DNA of 64,000 nt, from positions 1,376,001-1,440,000 of the forward strand of contig OZ244252.1 in the NCBI GenBank assembly GCA_965217185.1. The letters run 5' to 3'. The translations under genes were made by a program, and so were the position numbers. Under the pieces are notes generated by a model. That model worked only from the letters and a program-made list of their open reading frames with translations. It was not told the origin of the DNA and searched no databases. Shown here piece after piece: positions 32,006 through 41,510 of this stretch. Every line of letters starts with the position of its first letter. Position 1 is the first letter of the stretch. Origin of the DNA: an uncultured Candidatus Entotheonella sp. (lineage in GTDB: Bacteria > Tectomicrobia > Entotheonellia > Entotheonellales > Entotheonellaceae).

Positions 32006-33436
32006 ATGAAATCATCCACTACGTTTGTCCCAAACCGGTTCGAAACTGAGGCGCTGACGCCCCGACTTCGCGCTCTTCTGGAAGCGGGCCGTGACGAAGC
32101 CGTTCGCCGCCGGCATGCGCTTCTGGTCAGTGTGACCTTCGATTGCCCCGCGGTGTTACCGCTATCCATTTTTCATCAGGCCCAACCACCACGCCTCCTT
32201 TGGCACCAGCCCGGTGAGGGCATGGCCATGGTGGGGGTTGGGTCTGCCGCGTCGCTTGTGGGGTCCGGCGAGAGCCGCTTCACGCAGGTAAGCGCGGCGT
32301 ACCGTCGATTGGTTTCGGGAGCACAGATCGATACTTGTCCCTCCTACCCGTTGGCGGCCCCCGTGGCCCTCGGCGGTTTCGCGTTCGATCCCTCGGCGCC
32401 GGCCAACCCCGTCTGGGAAGCGTACCCGGACGCCCTTCTGATCGTCCCGCGGTTCCTCTTCCTATCTGCCGAACACACCGCCTGGTGCACGATCAATCTG
32501 CAGGTTTCGGCGAGTTGCGATCCCGATACCGTGACTGACGATATCGTAGGCGAGTTGGCGGAGTTGATATCGGTCGATGCCGACCCTCTTGGGGATCGGC
32601 AGCCTGCGATACTGGCGCCGATAAACGACCCATCCGGGCCGTGGGAGCAGCAGGTGCATGACATCGTGCAGGAAATTCAACGGGGCGCCGTCCAGAAAGT
32701 CGTCCTGGCACGGGAACTGCGCCTCCGGGCACGAGCCGATTTTGACGTAGACATGGCGCTGCGACGACTGGCAGCGGCGGCTGGACATTGCACCCTCTTT
32801 GCCCTCGATGCCGGTTCCGGCTGCATGATAGGCGCCACCCCGGAGCGCCTGGTCCGCCTGCAGGGACAGACCGTGCAGGTGGATTGCCTGGCGGGCTCGA
32901 CGGCGCGGGGTGACACCGAGCACGCGGACCGCCGGCTTGGGGAAGCCTTGCTCCACAGCGACAAGGACCGCCGCGAACATGGCTTGGTTGTGGGCACACT
33001 TCGTGAGGCCCTGTCGTCGTACTGCCTGTCCCTGCAGGTTCCCGCCGCGCCTCGGCTGCTGCGGCTGCCCGACGTTCAGCACCTGCACACGCCGTTGCAA
33101 GGCACCCTGCCTGCTGGTTCCAGTATCCTGGATATGGTGGCGCGGCTGCACCCGACGCCTGGCGTTGGCGGTGTACCCTGCCCTCAGGCGCTCGAGCTGA
33201 TCCGGGAGCAGGAGCGCCTGAGCCGGGGCTGGTATGCAGGACCGATCGGCTGGGTCGACGCGTGCGGCGGCGGCGAGTTCGTGGTTGGCATCCGGTCGGC
33301 GCTGGTACGCGGCAGTGAGGCATGGCTGTACGCCGGCTGCGGTATCGTGAAGGGTTCGGACCCCCGCAGCGAATACGAGGAATCCTGTCTGAAGTTGCGC
33401 CCCATGCTGGCCGCGCTCAGCGAGACGGCATCATGA
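32006..33436 (+). CDS. menF: Isochorismate synthase
   Basis: KVVLAR, GATPERL, LAGS, KDRREH, LHPTP, YAGCGIV; first gene of a men cluster. Confidence 0.92.
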   Translation: MKSSTTFVPNRFETEALTPRLRALLEAGRDEAVRRRHALLVSVTFDCPAVLPLSIFHQAQPPRLLWHQPGEGMAMVGVGSAASLVGSGESRFTQVSAAYRRLVSGAQIDTCPSYPLAAPVALGGFAFDPSAPANPVWEAYPDALLIVPRFLFLSAEHTAWCTINLQVSASCDPDTVTDDIVGELAELISVDADPLGDRQPAILAPINDPSGPWEQQVHDIVQEIQRGAVQKVVLARELRLRARADFDVDMALRRLAAAAGHCTLFALDAGSGCMIGATPERLVRLQGQTVQVDCLAGSTARGDTEHADRRLGEALLHSDKDRREHGLVVGTLREALSSYCLSLQVPAAPRLLRLPDVQHLHTPLQGTLPAGSSILDMVARLHPTPGVGGVPCPQALELIREQERLSRGWYAGPIGWVDACGGGEFVVGIRSALVRGSEAWLYAGCGIVKGSDPRSEYEESCLKLRPMLAALSETAS

Positions 33437-35220
33437 CCCATGCCAATGCCCTGCACACGTTCGTTGATGCCTTTGTCGATGAATTGGCCCGCTGTGGTCT
33501 GAAACACGCCTGTATCTGCCCCGGTTCTCGCTCCACCCCTCTGGCTGTCCTGCTGCACCGACATCCCGGCATCAAGGTCTGGATGCATCTCGACGAGCGT
33601 TCGGCGGCGTATTTCGCCCTGGGCCAAGCCAAGGCAATGCGACAGCCGGTGGCGGTGCTGGGCACGTCGGGCACTGCGACGCTCAACTTCGCGCCGGCGG
33701 TCGCCGAGGCGTTCTATGCCCGCGTGCCGCTGCTGGTTCTCACCGCCGATCGTCCGCCGGAACTGCAAGAGGTCGGCGCTCCGCAAACCATTGACCAGTC
33801 AAGACTTTACGGACGCCATGTGAAAAGATGCGTCGAGATGCCGCTGCCGGAAGGCGGTCCGGTTGCAGTGCGCTACGTTCGCACCGCTGCCAGCCGGGCG
33901 ATGGCGGACTGCCGCGCCGAGCGTCCCGGACCTGTGCACGTCAATTTCCCGTTTCGCGAGCCATTGATTCCCATTGGGCAAGACGACATGCCGGCCAAAC
34001 GCGGCACGGCGCCGCTTGTGACGGTCGCTCAGGGGCTACAGGCGCTCCGCCCCGCCGACGTGGCGGATCTGGCCGCCCAACTGCGTGGCGTGCAACGCGG
34101 CTTGATCGTTTGCGGCCCGCAAGACGACCCCGTCTTTCCTGGAGCGGTTGTGCAGTTATCGAGAGAACTGCAGTTTCCCCTGCTGGCAGACGTGTTATCC
34201 CAGGTGCGCCGCGGCACGTATGACGTGTCCTGTATTATCGACAGTTACGACGCCCTTTTGCGGGACTCGCAAGTTGCGCGCGATCTGGTGCCGGATCTCG
34301 TGCTGCGATTTGGCGCCACGCCGGTATCCAAGCCGCTGCAACTGTTTTTGCAGAGCCTCACGACCTGCCGCCAAATGCTGATTGCACCGCCAGATGACTG
34401 GCACGACCCGGCACTGGTCGCAACCGACAGGGTACAGGTTGATCCCCGTACTCTCTGTGAGGCGTTGCTGCCGAACTTGGAGCAAACCCGTCGTCAAGGC
34501 GTCAGCACCGCCAGCGCATGGCGCCGCAAGTGGGAGCGGCTGAATGCTCAGGCACGCGCCGCCCTGAAAGAATGCCTGAGCGAGAATCCCGCGTTGAGCG
34601 AACCGAAGGTATTCGCCGACTTGGAGGCGGTGCTGCCGCCGGACGCTACTCTTTTCGCCGGTAATAGCATGCCGGTGCGTGACCTCGATTCCTTTTTCGC
34701 CGCCGGTGCCCGACCGGCCCGCTTCCTGGCCAACCGGGGAGCCAGTGGGATTGACGGTGTGGTGTCAACCGCCCTAGGCGTCAGTTCCGTGAGTTCAGGC
34801 CCCTGCGTGTTGGTCATTGGGGATCTGTCCCTTTACCACGACATGAACGGTCTGCTGGCCGCCAGACAGCACGGTCTTCAGGTGACCATCGTGCTGCTTC
34901 ACAACGACGGTGGCGGCATCTTCTCGTTCCTGCCGCAAGCCGAGACCGTAGAGTCGTTCGAAGACCTGTTCGGCACCCCGCACGGCCTGGATTTTCGCCA
35001 CGCGGCAAAACTTTACGGCCTGGATTACTGCGAACCCGAGGACAGCCAAGCGTTTCGCACAGCCCTCCAAAAATCCTTCCACACCCCGGGCGTCACGATG
35101 ATCGCCGTCCATACCAACCGGGACGCCAACGCCCGCCTGCATCGAGACATCTGGCAGGCCGTATCGCAACGGTTACATTCGACAACTCCACCAGAGCCGG
35201 CGTCATGCGACTCGCCGTGA
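33433..35220 (+). CDS. menD: SEPHCHC synthase
   Basis: PGSRSTPL, DERSA, TADRP, NSMPVRD, NRGASGIDG, GDLSLYHD. Confidence 0.96.
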   Translation: MTHANALHTFVDAFVDELARCGLKHACICPGSRSTPLAVLLHRHPGIKVWMHLDERSAAYFALGQAKAMRQPVAVLGTSGTATLNFAPAVAEAFYARVPLLVLTADRPPELQEVGAPQTIDQSRLYGRHVKRCVEMPLPEGGPVAVRYVRTAASRAMADCRAERPGPVHVNFPFREPLIPIGQDDMPAKRGTAPLVTVAQGLQALRPADVADLAAQLRGVQRGLIVCGPQDDPVFPGAVVQLSRELQFPLLADVLSQVRRGTYDVSCIIDSYDALLRDSQVARDLVPDLVLRFGATPVSKPLQLFLQSLTTCRQMLIAPPDDWHDPALVATDRVQVDPRTLCEALLPNLEQTRRQGVSTASAWRRKWERLNAQARAALKECLSENPALSEPKVFADLEAVLPPDATLFAGNSMPVRDLDSFFAAGARPARFLANRGASGIDGVVSTALGVSSVSSGPCVLVIGDLSLYHDMNGLLAARQHGLQVTIVLLHNDGGGIFSFLPQAETVESFEDLFGTPHGLDFRHAAKLYGLDYCEPEDSQAFRTALQKSFHTPGVTMIAVHTNRDANARLHRDIWQAVSQRLHSTTPPEPASCDSP

Positions 35221-36038
35221 ATCGCGTGACCTATCACGTCGAGGTGGAAGGGAGCGGCGCCGCCGTCTTCTTCCTGCACGGGTTTACGGGCAGCAGCGCA
35301 ACTTGGGCGCCGCACTTGGCGGTACTGAAGGGGTTCACGACTGTTCGCATTGATTTTCCGGGTCACGGTCGCTCCGACGCCCCGGCCGAGGTGCAGCGGT
35401 ATGGCATGGAAGCCTGCGTCGACGACATTCTGGCGATCCAGAATCACTTAGGCATACGGCGCTGCGCCATCGTGGGCTATTCGATGGGCGGTCGGGTCGC
35501 CATGCGAGTCGCCTTGCAGGCGCCCGAATGCCTGTGGGCGCTGGTGCTCGAAAGCGCGTCCCCCGGCATTGCGAATGCGACCGACGGGAAGGATCGGGTG
35601 ATTCAGGACGCGAGGCTGGCGGAACGAATCAGGAAGGAAGGCGTGGCGGCCTTCGCGGATTACTGGCAGGCGCTGCCGCTTTTCGCCAGCCAGTCGCGTC
35701 TGCCGGAGGCGGCCCGGCAGGCACTGCGGGATCAACGCCTGCAACACACCGCAGAGGGCCTTGCCAACAGCCTGGAGGGTCTCGGCGCCGGCATGCAGGA
35801 ACCGGTGCTGCAGCGTTTACGGGACCTGCGCCTGCCCTGCCTGTTGCTGGCGGGGGCGCTCGATGCCAAATACTGCGAACTGGCCTATGAAATGGCAACC
35901 GTGCTGCCGCAATGCCGCGCTCACGTCGTGCCGGATGCCGGCCACGCCGTTCATCTCGAGCAACCGGCAGCATTCGACGACGTCGTGCGCGATTTTCTGC
36001 AGGTGCACGCCCCATTCCCATCCGAGCCCTTGCCATGA
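35205..36038 (+). CDS. menH: SHCHC synthase
   Basis: LHGFTG, GYSMGGR, LESASPG, LFASQ, AGHAVH. Confidence 0.93.
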   Translation: MRLAVNRVTYHVEVEGSGAAVFFLHGFTGSSATWAPHLAVLKGFTTVRIDFPGHGRSDAPAEVQRYGMEACVDDILAIQNHLGIRRCAIVGYSMGGRVAMRVALQAPECLWALVLESASPGIANATDGKDRVIQDARLAERIRKEGVAAFADYWQALPLFASQSRLPEAARQALRDQRLQHTAEGLANSLEGLGAGMQEPVLQRLRDLRLPCLLLAGALDAKYCELAYEMATVLPQCRAHVVPDAGHAVHLEQPAAFDDVVRDFLQVHAPFPSEPLP

Positions 36039-37147
36039 GAGTAGCCAGACTCGCTTGCACGCCGTATTGCATACCGTTTCGCCAGCCGTTTGTAACCGCC
36101 CACGGCACCGAGACCGAGCGCCGTGGTGTTCTGCTCCAACTGCACACGGATACGGGACTGGTTGGCCTCGGCGAAGCGGCGCCGATACCGGGGAGCGCGC
36201 CGCGGGCGTGGTCCGATGTGGCAACGCTTTTTGAGGCTGTGCGGGCATCGTTGCCAGGTAGACGGCTGGAAGATATGGCGGAGGACGTTGTAGGGCCGAT
36301 GGATCATCTGCATCCCGCCGCCGTCGCTGCCGTGCGCTGCGGCCTCGACACGGCAGCGTGCGACGTGCTGGCGCAGGCCGCGGGCACGCCGGTGGCGTTG
36401 TGGCTGCAAAGGGAATCCTCCGAGACGGTACCGGTGAACGCCACCATCGCGCTACCCGACGCGGCGTCAGCGGCCGATGCGGCAGCAAAGGCGCGGGCGT
36501 CGGGCTTCCCATGCGTCAAGCTGAAGGTCGGTATGGCGGCGGGTACGGAGGCGGAATGTGAACGCGTCGCGGCGGTCAGGAAGGCTATCGGGGATCGGTT
36601 GAAATTGCGTCTCGACGCCAATGGTGCTTGGGGTGTGGAACAGGCCATTCATTCGATCAAGGCCCTGGAGCCGTACGACATCGAGCTCGTTGAACAACCG
36701 GTGGCTTGCGGGGATGTTGAGGCGCTGCGGCAGGTACGCGCCGCCGTGCGCACACCCATTGCCGCCGATGAGGACGTCGATAGTGTTGCGGCGGCAGAGC
36801 GTGTGCTGGGAGCCGGTGCGGCTCAGGTGCTGGTCATCAAGCCGATGGTGGTTGGGGGATTGCGGCCGGCCCGCCAGATCATCGAACGCGCTCAGTCCCA
36901 AGGGGTCTCGTGCATTGTGACAACGACTCTCGATGCCGGCATTGGCATCGCTGCGGCGCTGCACCTCGCGGCTACCCTGCCCTCCACCGGCTTGGCCTGC
37001 GGCCTGGCGACCGGCGCCCTTCTGACGACCGACCTGCTAACGACGCCCCTGACTGTTCGTGACGGCCGCATGCAACGGCCCAACGCTGCCGGGCTGGGCG
37101 TGCGGCTTGACGAGGAAGCCGTTAAACGCCACAACCGACCGTTATGA
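36035..37147 (+). CDS. menC: o-Succinylbenzoate synthase
   Basis: KLKVG, RLDANGAW, EQP, ADE, IKP enolase-superfamily motifs; operon context. Confidence 0.9.
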   Translation: MRVARLACTPYCIPFRQPFVTAHGTETERRGVLLQLHTDTGLVGLGEAAPIPGSAPRAWSDVATLFEAVRASLPGRRLEDMAEDVVGPMDHLHPAAVAAVRCGLDTAACDVLAQAAGTPVALWLQRESSETVPVNATIALPDAASAADAAAKARASGFPCVKLKVGMAAGTEAECERVAAVRKAIGDRLKLRLDANGAWGVEQAIHSIKALEPYDIELVEQPVACGDVEALRQVRAAVRTPIAADEDVDSVAAAERVLGAGAAQVLVIKPMVVGGLRPARQIIERAQSQGVSCIVTTTLDAGIGIAAALHLAATLPSTGLACGLATGALLTTDLLTTPLTVRDGRMQRPNAAGLGVRLDEEAVKRHNRPL

Positions 37148-38440
37148 CAACTGGGCCACCCGCGCCATGGCGTCGTCGAACACCTTTGCGGTTTCGGCCA
37201 GATCCTCATCGCTGTGTACCAGCGATGCGTAGCCCTTGGCCGACGGCTTCAGCACGCCGTTCGCCATCAACGCATCGTGAAAAACCCGATTCTTGTTGGC
37301 GTTGCTCGTCAGGGAGTCTTGGTAGGTTCGGACGGGTTGATCCGTAAACATCAAGTGAAAGACGGGCCCCTCTCCCAGCACCTGCCCGGGAACGTCGTGC
37401 TCCCGCAGCGTGGCCTGCAGCTGGTCCCGCAGGCGCTGACCGACCTCGTGCAGGCGTTCATACGAGCCTGGGCGCCGCAAGATTTTCAGTGTCGCCAGGC
37501 CGGCAGCTGCGGCGACGGGATTGCCGTTCAACGTGCCGACCTGCGCGACCGGCGTGCCGTGCGCATCGGGCTGCGAAAAATACGACATCATTTCCGTTTT
37601 ACCCATCACCGCAGCTAATGGATAGCCGCCGCCGATGATCTTGCCCATAGCGGCCAGATCAGGCACCACGCCGTAGTACTCCTGCGCCCCGCCGTAGGCG
37701 AAACGGAACCCCGTCACCACCTCGTCGAAGATCAGCGGAATGCCGTACTGCGCCGTTACCTCGCGCAGCCCTTGGAGGAATCCGGGCAGCGGCGACAAGG
37801 CACGCTGAAACGGCTCGATGATCACCGCGCCCAAGTCGTCGTGATGGCCTTCGATGATCGCCGTCGTGCGTTCGAGGTCGTTGAACGGTGCAATCAATAC
37901 TTCCCGCTCCAGGCATTCGGGAATGCCCGACGAGCCGCGCACGCCGTACGGACCATCCCATGCGGCCTGCCCCTCGGTGCTCATGACGGCATAGTCGTGG
38001 TTGCCGTGGTAGCCGCCCTCGAACTTGAGAATTTTGTCGCGCCCACGGAAAGCGCGCGCCACCCTCAGCGCGAAGAAGGTGGCCTCAGAACCGGTGGAGG
38101 TGAAGCGAAGCTGCTCGGCGCAAGCCACCGCGTCGATGATTTCGCCGGCCAGTTCGATGGCCTTGTCCGTCAGGTTGAAAAACGTCGAGCCGTTGTCGAG
38201 TTGCTCCCGCACCGCGGCGTTCACCTCGGGGTGCGCATGGCCGACGATCATCGGGCCGGAGCCCAGCAGATAATCGATCCAGCGGCGGCCATCCGGGTCA
38301 TAAACGTGCGCCCCCTGCCCGCCGGCAATCACAAAGCTGTGCTCTCCCGACAATGCCGCGTTACCGTTGGAAGCACCGGGGAAATACTGCTGCGCCCGCG
38401 CTATCAGGGCTTGGTGGTCCGCTGACCGAGCCAATGCCAT
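37142..38440 (-). CDS. Class III PLP aminotransferase (GSA aminomutase-like)
   Basis: GGYHG, FDEVVTGFR, MGKIIGGG, GTLNGNP. Confidence 0.88.
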   Translation of the reverse strand: MALARSADHQALIARAQQYFPGASNGNAALSGEHSFVIAGGQGAHVYDPDGRRWIDYLLGSGPMIVGHAHPEVNAAVREQLDNGSTFFNLTDKAIELAGEIIDAVACAEQLRFTSTGSEATFFALRVARAFRGRDKILKFEGGYHGNHDYAVMSTEGQAAWDGPYGVRGSSGIPECLEREVLIAPFNDLERTTAIIEGHHDDLGAVIIEPFQRALSPLPGFLQGLREVTAQYGIPLIFDEVVTGFRFAYGGAQEYYGVVPDLAAMGKIIGGGYPLAAVMGKTEMMSYFSQPDAHGTPVAQVGTLNGNPVAAAAGLATLKILRRPGSYERLHEVGQRLRDQLQATLREHDVPGQVLGEGPVFHLMFTDQPVRTYQDSLTSNANKNRVFHDALMANGVLKPSAKGYASLVHSDEDLAETAKVFDDAMARVAQLS

Positions 38441-38483
38441 GCCTGCTCTCCTTCCCATCCGTGTAGGGTTTGGGCCGACGCGC

Positions 38484-39017
38484 TCAGCCGGTAGGCAGGC
38501 TGGTGCGAATCGGATCGCTGCCGTCCCACGTACGCGCCGCTTCAGCGATGGCGGCAAACACCTCCTCGCGTCCGCTGCTCATATCAAACAACTCCACCAG
38601 CGTCCCGGGATGGCTCTCGGTCAGCAAATAGACGAACGCCCCGCGACCGCCCACGCTGCCGGAATGGCCGATTTCGTACCCGGCCTCGACGTAGCGCGCC
38701 ACGTCGGCGTCGAACTGATGCGTGCCGTAGCCGACGTGCTGCAAGCCCTCATGCCCGGCGGCGATGAAGTCGCGGTACAACGACGGGGCGTCGTTGCGCT
38801 GCTGGATCAACTCCACCTGGAAATTGCCCGAATTGGCGAGGGCGAGCGACACGTCCACCGGCGACGGCTCGCCCTTGTAACGAAAATCGACGAACGGGAT
38901 GTGCTCGAAGTAGAACCACGGCCCCACCTCCAGCACCTCAATCCAGTGGCGCATGGCGGCTTCGATGTCGCGTACCACAAAACCGTTCTGCAGAATGCTG
39001 CCAAATAGACGGCTCAT
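38484..39017 (-). CDS. VOC/glyoxalase-family protein
   Basis: QNGFVVRDIEAA, VELIQ, EGLQHVG, LVEL. Confidence 0.88.
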   Translation of the reverse strand: MSRLFGSILQNGFVVRDIEAAMRHWIEVLEVGPWFYFEHIPFVDFRYKGEPSPVDVSLALANSGNFQVELIQQRNDAPSLYRDFIAAGHEGLQHVGYGTHQFDADVARYVEAGYEIGHSGSVGGRGAFVYLLTESHPGTLVELFDMSSGREEVFAAIAEAARTWDGSDPIRTSLPTG

Positions 39018-39042
39018 TAGATGTCCTCCTTGTTCAAGCTGT

Positions 39043-40242
39043 TCAGACCCCGCAACCGGGCGTGGCCGCGACGTTGCCAAGGCGCTCGACCACGGCCAAG
39101 CCCCCATCCGTACCCCGCGCGACCATCACCGGCATGGCAGCGTGCTGCGTGGCGGCGTCGATGGTGACCGGACCGGTCGGCGACGCAAAGCCCAGTCCGC
39201 GCAAATTGTTCAGGGTCGCTGGCCCACCGACATCGCCGGCCTGATTCCAGGCCGCCTGCAAGGCCTTCACGGCGTTGTAGTGCGTGAGGGCCATATAACT
39301 GACTGGCTCCTCGGAACCGTACGACTGGCGAACGCGTGCCACGAACGCCGGCACGTCACCCTCAGTGTCGCTGGCAACGAACGGCGTGGTGGTTACAATA
39401 CGCGCCAACTCGTCGGCCTCCAGCCCATCGGCCAGGGTCTCGTTAAAGCCGATCCAGCCGATTGTCAGTCGTTCCAGCAAGCCCATCTCGCGCGCTTGGT
39501 GGATGAACTCGCGGCCATGGTAGCGGGTCACGCAGAACATCACGATCTCCGCGCCGCTCTCCTGAATCCAGCGGATGACGGGTCGGAAGTCGCGTTCGCC
39601 GGTATCGGTCAGCGCCTGCCCCTGCACGTGCCCGCCGAGCGCTCCGATGGTGAAGCGCAGGCGCCGGAACATGCTGTTCTGCCAGCTTGGATACGAGCCC
39701 AGCAGGAAATACTTCTTGCCCGCCCCGGACGCATCCAGGTAGCGCACCAGCGGTTGGCTGTCGTGGGCCATGGTGGGCCCCAAGGAGAACAACGCCGGAT
39801 TGCAAAACCCGCCTTCGTGGTTGGTGGCATTAAGGAGCGGCACGTTAAATTCTGCCAGCGCGCGGGCGGCGTAGCGGCGCCCGGCCGCCGCCCACGGGCC
39901 GATGATGGCGGCGGCACCCCAATCTGCCACGAGTTCCCGGCAATGCCCGGGCAGGACGTTGGGGGTGGTTTCCGAATCGCGGTACGCCGTTTCGAGCGGG
40001 CGGCCAAGCACGCCGCCGGCCGCGTTGATTCCCGCCACTGCGGTTTCGATGCCCATCCGCATCTGGCGGGCATAACTGTCCACGTCGCCGGTAAGCGGCA
40101 GCAGTACCCCGATGCGCACCGCCTCATCGGTCTGCGCCAGGACCGAAACTCCCCGTCCCAGCGATGCTGCAGCGCCAAATGCCGTCAGGCCCTTCAGTAA
40201 ACCGCGCCGGGTGATCGGTCGTCGCACGTATGCGTTGTTCAT
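39043..40242 (-). CDS. Tat-exported type I periplasmic binding protein (UrtA/AmiC/LivJ-like)
   Basis: TRRGLLK; IGVLLPLTG; INAAGGVLGR; SPTGPV. Confidence 0.85.
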   Translation of the reverse strand: MNNAYVRRPITRRGLLKGLTAFGAAASLGRGVSVLAQTDEAVRIGVLLPLTGDVDSYARQMRMGIETAVAGINAAGGVLGRPLETAYRDSETTPNVLPGHCRELVADWGAAAIIGPWAAAGRRYAARALAEFNVPLLNATNHEGGFCNPALFSLGPTMAHDSQPLVRYLDASGAGKKYFLLGSYPSWQNSMFRRLRFTIGALGGHVQGQALTDTGERDFRPVIRWIQESGAEIVMFCVTRYHGREFIHQAREMGLLERLTIGWIGFNETLADGLEADELARIVTTTPFVASDTEGDVPAFVARVRQSYGSEEPVSYMALTHYNAVKALQAAWNQAGDVGGPATLNNLRGLGFASPTGPVTIDAATQHAAMPVMVARGTDGGLAVVERLGNVAATPGCGV

Positions 40243-40316
40243 TTTGTCTCCTTCAGCGGGATGGATTAAGCACTAGAGACCGACAGGTGGGCAAAAGTGT
40301 GCGTCGCCTGAGGGAT

Positions 40317-41267
40317 TTACGGTCGGGCTTGCGTCCGTAATTCGTCGTACGCCTCACGAATCACCGTCAGGTGCCGCTCTTCCTCTTCGGCGAATTGCTC
40401 GAAGATGGCCCGGCCTTGCGGTTTGTCGACCTGGTTGGCGTAGTGGCGGAAAAATTCGTATGAGCGGCGCTCAGCATCCATGGCCGCCTGCAGGGCTTCG
40501 GTAGGGCTGGCCGAGAGCACCATTTGCCGGATGTGCTCACGGCCTTTCGGGAAGATGCTTTCAAGACGTTCGTAATCGAACTGCAACAACGCCGGTTCGT
40601 CGTCCAGCCAGGCGTGGCTCTGCCGCAGGGCGTCAAACTCTGCCTGCAATACTTCCAGGTGCTCCTTCTCCTCGGCGGCCAAGCGTGAAAAAACCTCCCG
40701 CGTCATGGCGTCAACCGTAGCCTCCAGGGCATGGTTGTAAAAATGCAGGCCCTGCTGCTCATTGGTAATAGCCATTTCCAGAGCGTCACGGGCGAGGATG
40801 ACTTCCAATTCCCTACCCGTGCCGTGGCGGCTGGACGGCGGTGCCACCTTCTTGCAGTCCGTGCACACGCTGAGGATGCGCACCGCGTGGGACTGCGGCG
40901 TAAAATCGTGCTGCTGCTGCGCCTGGCGGAGCAGGGATTCCAGCTCCGGGCTGAGAAACTCGACGGTGCGGTTGCAGGAGGAGCAGATGATGTGGTGATG
41001 CTCGAAGCGGTTGGGTTCGTAGCGTTGGGTGCCGTCGCCGTAGTCCATGGAACGCGCCAAGCCACAGTCCTCAAGAAGCCGCAGGGTGCGGTAAACGGTG
41101 GCGAAGCCAACGCGCGGGTTCTTCTGGCGCACCTGTTCGTGCAGTTCCTGGGCGGAGAAATGCCCCTTGGAGGCGAGAAACACTTCCAGAATGTCGTTGC
41201 GGGGTCTGGAATGTTTGAGGTTTTGGCTACGGAGATAGTCTTCGAAAATCTCGAGTTCATCAGGCAT
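40317..41267 (-). CDS. Fur-family regulator fused to a rubrerythrin/ferritin-like di-iron domain
   Basis: HFSAQEL, ATVYRTL, HHHIICSSC, VCTDC; then two E-x29-EExxH units (NE..EEKEH; AE..EEERH). Confidence 0.9.
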   Translation of the reverse strand: MPDELEIFEDYLRSQNLKHSRPRNDILEVFLASKGHFSAQELHEQVRQKNPRVGFATVYRTLRLLEDCGLARSMDYGDGTQRYEPNRFEHHHIICSSCNRTVEFLSPELESLLRQAQQQHDFTPQSHAVRILSVCTDCKKVAPPSSRHGTGRELEVILARDALEMAITNEQQGLHFYNHALEATVDAMTREVFSRLAAEEKEHLEVLQAEFDALRQSHAWLDDEPALLQFDYERLESIFPKGREHIRQMVLSASPTEALQAAMDAERRSYEFFRHYANQVDKPQGRAIFEQFAEEEERHLTVIREAYDELRTQARP

Positions 41268-41427
41268 GAGGATACCTTTTTGGCGGGGTAGACGTCGTTG
41301 TTTGACCGTTCCCAACACCCGACGCGAAACGGCGTCATTGTACTTAAGGCGGTTGAAACGGGTCAAGCAGTTGCCCGGACGACTCAGCCATTCAACTGCC
41401 TGGTGCGGCCCACGCCCTGTTTTGTTC

Positions 41428-41444
41428 TTGAAAACGGTTCTCAA
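41428..41444. promoter_or_regulatory. Putative Fur box
   Basis: Near-palindrome TTGAAAACGGTTCTCAA between the Fur fusion and the Fe3+ ABC operon. Confidence 0.7.
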
Positions 41445-41510
41445 CATCATAATAATACCTTTAATGCCCACCCACCCGCTTATCCCACTCTGTGGAGGGA
41501 GTTGAAACCC

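Noticed and set aside
37142..38440. hemL assignment
   Set aside because: The family fits, but the N-terminus (PGASNG) departs from the HemL PGGVNSPVR motif and the context is not tetrapyrrole synthesis.
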